DNA of 32,000 nt. Origin: Candidatus Scalindua sp. Lineage in GTDB: Bacteria > Planctomycetota > Brocadiia > Brocadiales > Scalinduaceae. Of this stretch, positions 16,233 to 22,174 are shown piece by piece. The notes beneath the pieces are model-generated. The model was given only the letters and a program-made list of their open reading frames with translations, was not told where the DNA came from and ran no database searches. The position numbers were made by a program, and so were the translations under genes. Position 1 is the first letter of the stretch. Every line of letters begins with the position of its first letter. Where the stretch lies: assembly GCA_031316235.1 (NCBI GenBank), contig JALDRA010000001.1:3000001-3032000 (forward strand), read 5' to 3'.

Positions 16233-16550
16233 ATGGGAAAGGTAAGATGCCCGGGAAGCATAAAAACGACGGTACCGGAACCACTTGAGCGTAAGTGCCC
16301 TAAATGTGGCAGCTTAGTTGAGATCTGGAGTGATGAGGAAAAGGCAGACTGCAGGTGCGGTGCAACAGTCTTTAAGGATGTAAAAATGACCTGTGTCGTG
16401 TGGTGTAATGCTGCGGAAGAGTGTGTTGGCGACATAGTAGACGTCAAAAAAATTAAGGAAGAAGCAAAAAAGAAGGCGGCTTCTGAAGGAAATCCAGACT
16501 TCGTAAAACAGGTAACAGAGAAAATTATGAAGGAGAAAAAATCTGATTAA
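16233..16550 (+). CDS. Small cysteine-rich zinc-ribbon protein with a Lys/Glu-rich tail (hypothetical)
   Basis: The ORF encodes 105 aa with 8 Cys, including CPKCG...CRCG and C...WC.....EC. The C-terminal tail is KKIKEEAKKKAASEG...KIMKEKKSD. The composition is coding-like. I recognised no family. Confidence 0.6.
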   Translation: MGKVRCPGSIKTTVPEPLERKCPKCGSLVEIWSDEEKADCRCGATVFKDVKMTCVVWCNAAEECVGDIVDVKKIKEEAKKKAASEGNPDFVKQVTEKIMKEKKSD

Positions 16551-16561
16551 GTTTTTCCTGT

Positions 16562-16674
16562 TATATTCAGCTCATACTGGATTTTGGATAAAATCCGAGA
16601 TAAAATTGAGCGAGTATACCTTCACCAGGATCTGGTTTCCGGTAAAACCGAAAACCAGATCGGTTTTAGTATAT
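16562..16674 (+). repeat. Copy E (intact) of the structured repeat
   Basis: The sequence is TATATTCAGCTCATACTGGATTTTGGATAAAATCCGAGATAAAATTGAGCGAGTATACCTTCACCAGGATCTGGTTTCCGGTAAAACCGAAAACCAGATCGGTTTTAGTATAT. It starts 12 nt after the zinc-ribbon stop codon and is in inverted orientation relative to copy D. Confidence 0.9.
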
Positions 16675-16849
16675 TTGCACCAAAAAGAGATATGAAATCT
16701 GGACATATCATACAAAATTCTGAAAACCAAACAAATTCAACTCGAAAACAAGGATAATAGTGATTACCGACGAGTATCTCCTTTCGGCCGGGACAAAAAT
16801 CTTAATGGCATAACTTGTTGACCTATTGTGTAATTGACGTTATTCATAA

Positions 16850-17300
16850 TCGGTATCCCTCAAAAGAGTAATTCGTAATTTTTTGTCTGACCAGTATACC
16901 CGGATACCTGGAACAGGGATTGGTGAAAACATTTTAATGAACATCCCGTCTCATTTCATCTCTGTTGCATGCCCTCTATTTTTTTTAACGATCTGACGTT
17001 CAGCAGCGGAAAAATCTCATCTCTCATAACTCATTTCCAGATGATGGAGAACGTAATCGCATGGTTAACCATCTATTGCCGCCCGCAGCGGTAAAGTGTT
17101 GGCAGAGTCGAAGGTTTTTAGAGAGTATTATTGGCTGACTGAGGACGAGAAAATCGGTGGGTTGATCAAAAAAGCGGCTGCCGTTCTTCAGAAGGATGGT
17201 TTGTTTCTGAAATGTTCCAGCTATTACCTGTCCGTTGTATAGCCGAAGCCGTTCAGGTACCGGCACGTAGACTCTTCCTGCCTGAGATTACGGGAATTCT
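16850..17300 (+). pseudogene. Possible frameshifted remnant of a class I SAM-dependent methyltransferase
   Basis: Plus-strand fragments lie in different frames. One is ...QYTRIPGTGIGENILMNIP (motif I-like GxGxG). Another is VFREYYWLTEDEKIGGLIKKAAAVLQKDGLFLKCSSYY, which follows the typical post-motif-III pattern 'l...e....l.ka...Lk.gG.f'. No intact ORF exists. The track ORF 17024..17266 (-) is antisense to these fragments. Confidence 0.35.
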
Positions 17301-17645
17301 GATTGTTGGAGGTGGATAACTAAGGATTGCAAAAGGTATCACCTCTTCGAAATGGTTGAGAGGGCAGCATGATTTACAGACCGGAATTCACCTGTTTGTT
17401 ATGGAAGGATAACAAAAAATGTTATGCTGAAATAACAAACAGGAAAACAAAAACCATACCTGTTTTTCAAACGTCATATCTGATATATAGTTAGGTATAC
17501 AAAACTGTAAAAAAAAGTTCGGCATTATGTTTGCTTTTTTTGATTTCGGAAGTGCTCTGTCACTTTTAATCATATCAACTTGCGTTGTCTGGCACAGAAG
17601 TGTAATTGTGATACATTCAATGACCGTGTTCCGGAGTAATAGGTA

Positions 17646-18011
17646 ATGGATAAAACGATAATGATTGTTGAAGATGAACTGCACTTCCAGGATCTCTATA
17701 AAGCGATATTGGAAAATACAGATTATGAGATCATCTGTGCGTATGATGGGAATGAGGCATTGGAGAAATTGGATGAAAAGAGACCTGATTTGATTATTCT
17801 TGATATACTCTTAAATATGATAACGGGTGATACACTCTTTTTCTATTTAAAGAGTATGCCTGGATATGCTGATATACCGATTATAATTGCTACAAGCGCC
17901 TCAAAGAGTACCTTTAGAAATTTGATTGAGATGGATCCAGATCTCGTATTTCTTGAAAAAACTCTGGTTTGGGAAAATCTGATTGAAGAGATTCGGAACA
18001 AGATTGGATAG
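17646..18011 (+). CDS. Stand-alone response regulator receiver (CheY-like)
   Basis: The ORF encodes 121 aa with IMIVEDE, the phospho-acceptor context PDLIILDILL, IIIATS, and FLEKT in the conserved Lys position. There is no output domain. A GGAG Shine-Dalgarno sequence is present. Confidence 0.88.
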   Translation: MDKTIMIVEDELHFQDLYKAILENTDYEIICAYDGNEALEKLDEKRPDLIILDILLNMITGDTLFFYLKSMPGYADIPIIIATSASKSTFRNLIEMDPDLVFLEKTLVWENLIEEIRNKIG

Positions 18012-18150
18012 AAGGTTTTCTTAAAGAATCAGCGTTGTTAAGACAGTAAAGAGAGAGAACCAGGGAGTGAGTACGCTGTCCAAAATCTTGCTGCAATTAT
18101 GATGAGTACGCGACAAGGTGAAGCTCTTCATGCGGTAATTCCTGATTGGG

Positions 18151-18180
18151 AAAACCTGGGGCAATTGATCCCCAGGTTTT
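18151..18180 (+). terminator. Intrinsic terminator hairpin (bidirectional type)
   Basis: AAAACCTGGGG, loop CAATTGAT, CCCCAGGTTTT forms a perfect 11-bp stem with flanking A and T tracts, followed by GTGGTTT. It lies between the receiver gene and the HAMP-PAS gene. Confidence 0.65.
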
Positions 18181-18282
18181 GTGGTTTGGAAACTAGGTAG
18201 AGTAACTTGTTGGATTTAGATTAATTTTTAGTGAAAAATGTTATCCCTTTATCCTCTCTTAAACAGATGTATCAGATAATAA

Positions 18283-19233
18283 ATGGTTATCAAAAGCAAA
18301 CTGTTATTCTGGTTGTTGCTTCCTAATATAATAATAACAATTTCTGTGTCGGCAGCTTGGTTTTTTACTAACCAGAAAACGATAAGGCAAAACATCAATA
18401 ACCAGATTGCAATATCTGATGTTCAGTTACGCGAAGAAGCGCCTGCATCCCTGGAGGGAGAAAAGAGTTCTGCTGATAATTTTCAATCTGAAGCAAATAT
18501 TTCTGGATTCTTTGCTTCACCTGTTTACCTGCGAAACTTCTTGATATTGATGGGAATTATAGGGGGTACTTCTGCTGTAGTGATGATCAATATTTCTCAA
18601 AGGATTAGCAACTCTCTGAAAATAATTACAGAAGGGACAAAAAAAATAGCAAGTGGAGACTTTGGGTATCCAATTTCAACAGATACATTTGAGAGTGAAG
18701 TCAGGGTGCTTGGTGAATCGTTTAATTTGATGATGAACAAGCTGAGAGAGGCAGAAGATAAAAACAGAGAGCTTTTTTTGCAGGTGAAGAGAGGGAGAGA
18801 CGAGTGGCAGGAGACCTTTGATTCAATAAAGGATGTTATAACAATTATTGACAAGGATTTCAGGATAATCAGGGCAAATAAGGCATTTTTTAAAGAGTAT
18901 AATATTGATAAAACACGGTTAAAAGAAAAAAAATGTTTTGAAGTTTTTTATGGAGTTGATGCACCGTCGGAGAATTGTCCCCTCATGCAATGTTTTGAAA
19001 ACCTGAAAACTGTGTACGAAGAGATGGTCGATACAGAGATGGATGAGATATTTCTTGTTACGGTCTTTCCTCTTTTTGATGAAGAAGGGGAAATTTATGG
19101 TGCTGTGCATCAAAAAAAGGATATAACTTTTCAAAAAAAACTGCTTAAAGAACTTATGAAGAAGGCAAATAAATTAGATGAGGCAAATAGGGAACTGGAA
19201 AGGTTGACCCGTATTGTTTCTGAGCTGAGATAG
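18283..19233 (+). CDS. Membrane HAMP-PAS sensor protein ending exactly where a histidine-kinase H-box should start (probable truncated kinase)
   Basis: The ORF encodes 316 aa with two TM segments and a HAMP domain (ITEGTKKIASGDFGYPIS...VLGESFNLMMNKL). The PAS domain is WQETFDSIKDVITIIDKDFRIIRANKAF...CFEVFYG...CPLMQC. A coiled coil ends the protein (...LERLTRIVSELR-stop). There is no DHp or HATPase domain. Confidence 0.8.
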   Translation: MVIKSKLLFWLLLPNIIITISVSAAWFFTNQKTIRQNINNQIAISDVQLREEAPASLEGEKSSADNFQSEANISGFFASPVYLRNFLILMGIIGGTSAVVMINISQRISNSLKIITEGTKKIASGDFGYPISTDTFESEVRVLGESFNLMMNKLREAEDKNRELFLQVKRGRDEWQETFDSIKDVITIIDKDFRIIRANKAFFKEYNIDKTRLKEKKCFEVFYGVDAPSENCPLMQCFENLKTVYEEMVDTEMDEIFLVTVFPLFDEEGEIYGAVHQKKDITFQKKLLKELMKKANKLDEANRELERLTRIVSELR

Positions 19234-19429
19234 TCATCTGGTTTATTCTTCATAAAGTTTTAAAGTAAAAAATCTTCGGTCTCTCCTCAGAAAAAAAAGG
19301 GCAGCATCAAGAGAAGATGCTTAGTCTGACCTGTTCCTGAATAAAACACCTTCCTGCCTCCCTAACTCCTAGAAGATACAGCTCTGTATCATTCCAGAAT
19401 CAGTATGGATAGTATAGAAGGATAAGAAA

Positions 19430-19976
19430 ATGATAAAAGTCCTGCCGGCACAAATACCTGACATAGCGTTAAGGGCAATGCTGCGTTCCAGCGATAGGAT
19501 GATAGTTTTTATCTTTTACGCAGTTATTCTATCCAATGTAATCTCCGCATTTTCACAAGAGCTTTCAGTATCACCACAAGATAAGCCAGGATCAGCGGTT
19601 GATGAAGAGATCAGGTGGTTGCAGGCGGAAGCATTTGATTTGGATGTTATCCTGGCTTCCAGAAAGTCAGAAAAGCTTTTTAAAACGGCAGCTGCTATTT
19701 ACGTAATTACCCAGGAAGATATACGTAACTCATCAGCCACAAATATTCCTGAGTTACTGAGGATGGTACCTGGAATTAATGTTGCACGAATAGATGCTAA
19801 TAAATGGGGAGTAACTTCACGTGGGTTTAACAACAGGTTTGCAAACAAGCTTCTTGTACAAATAGACGGGCGGATTGTTTATACACTCCTTGAATTTAGT
19901 GGAACAAATGCCGACCGTACACAGTCAACAGAGGTTTGAACGGAGTCTGTACGCTAAGATAACATGGCAATTCTAA
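19430..19976 (+). pseudogene. TonB-dependent receptor remnant: plug domain joined out of frame to the last ~15 codons of the barrel
   Basis: The track ORF 19430..19939 encodes a signal peptide plus a plug (AAIYVITQEDIRNSSATNIPELLRMVPGINVARIDANKWGVTSRGFNNRFANKLLVQIDGRIVYT) and then turns to nonsense. The +1 frame reads ...QQRFERSLYAKITWQF-stop (stop at 19974-19976). That is the canonical outer-membrane-protein C-terminal motif ending in an aromatic residue. About 500 barrel residues are missing. Confidence 0.75.
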
Positions 19977-20124
19977 AAACAACAACCGTAATGTCATGTC
20001 CCGTCAAGCTACGGCTATGACAGGGTGTTTTATCTATGGCAGATTTACCAAGAGAAAGCGATGGTTTCATTCAAGCCTGCTTGGCATTGGCAAGGCTCCG
20101 ATTCAGGGGATAAATATGTTACTA

Positions 20125-20238
20125 TGTATACGGAAACCGATTTGGTCTTAGATTTTTCTAAAAACCAAAGACTGGTTAATGGTATATTTGCTCCGTTTTT
20201 TCCGTATTTTATCCGAAAATCATTATGAGATGAGTATA
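20125..20238 (-). repeat. Copy F of the structured repeat; strongly diverged
   Basis: The reverse complement reads TATACTCATCTCATAATGATTTTCGGATAAAATACGGAAAAAACGGAGCAAATATACCATTAACCAGTCTTTGGTTTTTAGAAAAATCTAAGACCAAATCGGTTTCCGTATACA. The termini and the TTTGGT/ACCAAA pairing are retained, but the interior has drifted. Confidence 0.7.
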
Positions 20239-20293
20239 CGTGCCAGAATTGTTCAGTGCTTTTCATTGGTTGTACCAGAAACGATTAAATAGA

Positions 20294-21160
20294 ATGGCAA
20301 TTTTAAAGAACTCTGTCTCAAAACATTTTAAAATCAATGCCGTTTCCGGTAAGTGCCGACAGGTTATTACCCTATTCCTATTGATCGTTTTATTATCGAT
20401 TCTCAGCCTCTCCGAAATTCTCGCCTCAAAGGATGTGATCTATTTCTATAACCCCGAAACCAACATCAATAATTTTGTATTGCTCAAGAAAGAGTTTGAT
20501 AAATATCTTTCGGAATTTGGCCAGTTTACCTTTCAACCATTCAGTGATAGAAAAACATTTGAGAAATCTGCGGCCAATAAAAGGGATGTGATTTTCCTGA
20601 TCTCAAGCTGGCACTTCCTGGATCTCAAGAAGAAAATTCAACTGAAACCTGTTTTTATGGGTATTTCAAAGGGTAAACCAACTCAACGGAAGATCTTGTT
20701 TTCGAGAGGAAATAGTGCGAGTATCGATTATTTGAAGGGTAAGAGCGTTGCATCTTCAGGGAGTGAGGGATATACAAAAAATATCCTCTTACAGATGTTA
20801 GGGAAAGAGGTGGAAGATAGTGTTGATACCTTGAAGATATTAACCGTTCCCAAAGACATTGACGCGTTGATGGCTTTGGGATTGGGAATGGTGGATGCTG
20901 CTTTGTGCACAGAGCATACCCAGGCGAAATTATCGGAAATCAATCCTAAACTATGCGTTATGTTGAAGGAGCTCGCAAGCACGGAGACATATCTTCAAAT
21001 AGTAGCAGTACCAAATCCGTCCGACGAAAATATTGAGCTGGCATTATCCATAATTGCAAAGATGACATCTTCAATAAAGGGCAGAAGGAATTTAAAGATG
21101 ATAAGTCTGGATGGATGGAAAAAAGTAAGTAAAGCGGAAAGGAAATATCTGGAGAATTAA
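20294..21160 (+). CDS. Periplasmic substrate-binding protein, PhnD/phosphonate-binding-like fold
   Basis: The ATG at 20294 gives a signal anchor (MAILKNSVSKHF...ITLFLLIVLLSILSLSEILA). The body resembles PhnD-type binding proteins (GKSVASSGSEGYTKNILLQMLG...DALMALGLGMVDAAL). The track start at GTG 20240 abuts the repeat and is unlikely. Confidence 0.7.
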   Translation: MAILKNSVSKHFKINAVSGKCRQVITLFLLIVLLSILSLSEILASKDVIYFYNPETNINNFVLLKKEFDKYLSEFGQFTFQPFSDRKTFEKSAANKRDVIFLISSWHFLDLKKKIQLKPVFMGISKGKPTQRKILFSRGNSASIDYLKGKSVASSGSEGYTKNILLQMLGKEVEDSVDTLKILTVPKDIDALMALGLGMVDAALCTEHTQAKLSEINPKLCVMLKELASTETYLQIVAVPNPSDENIELALSIIAKMTSSIKGRRNLKMISLDGWKKVSKAERKYLEN

Positions 21161-22149
21161 TGAACAGTTCTTTTAGAAAAATTTCAGATGGTTTAGAAAA
21201 GTTCATCTGCTCCGGCAAAGGGGTATGCAGTTCCGGTATATGCAGAATCTTGATTCTCATCCTTTTTTCGATATATATCGATGGACCGTTGAGGGCCGGT
21301 GAAGAGGATACCGTGATTGTTCTCAATTCAGATGCTTCCATCAACAAATATTCTATTGCTCAAACGGTATTTAACTCAAAAATGACCAGGGTGGCGCTCG
21401 AAATAGACTTGGGAAGTAAATGGTTGGATGAAGAACAGATCAAGAAAAAGATCTTTGCGGTAGATCCGGACATCATCTATTGTATCGGATCCAAAGCGTA
21501 CCAGATGGCGTATGATCTGAGGAGAGTCAGAAAGCTGGTGTTTTCACTCATGATAAATTGGGAACGATTTCCGCTCGGCAAAAACGTCTATGGGGTATCC
21601 AATGAACTTTCACAAGATATGCAACTCACCATGTACCGCTATTTCTTCCCCGGTGTGAATAAAATAGGTGTATTGTATAGCAAGGCTTATAATGTAGAGT
21701 GGTTTAAGAAAACAGTCAGACATGCGGAAGAAATGGGTATTGAGATTATAGGCAAGCCGATCAGGAAGCCAGAAGATATTAAGTCCGATCTGAATACAAT
21801 ACTCCCGGAAGTTGACGCTTTGTGGCTGATCCCCGATCCACTGGTGATTCGTGATATTGAATCGATAAAGGTGGTCTTTGAGGCAAGTGATGAAGCAAAG
21901 AAGCCGGTCTTCGCATATGATAAAGTTTTTGCCACTTTTGGTGCATCATTGATCATGTCTGCCGATGTTTCGACTATGGGGGTACAGGCAGCCGATATAG
22001 TCCAGGGGATACTTGATGAAAAGGAAATTGCGGAGAGGGTTCACTACCCGGCGGGATCCTTTGTTATCCTGAACATGAAAAAGGTGGAAGAATACGATTT
22101 GCTATTTAATATAGACTCTTTAGATTCAGTAAATGATATTATAGAATAG
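21160..22149 (+). CDS. Periplasmic substrate-binding protein of the ABC_sub_bind family
   Basis: The ORF encodes 329 aa with a signal-like N-terminus. It has the characteristic blocks KIGVLYS, A...GIEIIGKPI, VDALWLIPDPLV and the PVFAYDK...GASL layout. Its start overlaps the preceding stop codon (TAATG), which suggests translational coupling. Confidence 0.8.
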   Translation: MNSSFRKISDGLEKFICSGKGVCSSGICRILILILFSIYIDGPLRAGEEDTVIVLNSDASINKYSIAQTVFNSKMTRVALEIDLGSKWLDEEQIKKKIFAVDPDIIYCIGSKAYQMAYDLRRVRKLVFSLMINWERFPLGKNVYGVSNELSQDMQLTMYRYFFPGVNKIGVLYSKAYNVEWFKKTVRHAEEMGIEIIGKPIRKPEDIKSDLNTILPEVDALWLIPDPLVIRDIESIKVVFEASDEAKKPVFAYDKVFATFGASLIMSADVSTMGVQAADIVQGILDEKEIAERVHYPAGSFVILNMKKVEEYDLLFNIDSLDSVNDIIE

Positions 22150-22174
22150 ACTTATAAATGGGACTATCTCAACA

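Noticed and set aside
19240-19429. Possible cobalamin riboswitch remnant upstream of the TonB-dependent receptor fragment (GCTTAGTCTGACCTGTTCC resembles a B12 box)
   Set aside because: Only a partial B12-box-like string is present. None of the other conserved cobalamin-aptamer blocks are visible, so the evidence is insufficient.
19965-20305. Near-identical TGGCAATTCTAAA (19965) and TGGCAATTTTAAA (20295) strings; considered as a duplication or target-site signature around repeat copy F
   Set aside because: The first is the WQF-stop terminus of the receptor remnant. The second overlaps the ATG of the binding-protein gene. A 17/19 match is within chance expectation, and the similarity stops at the edges.
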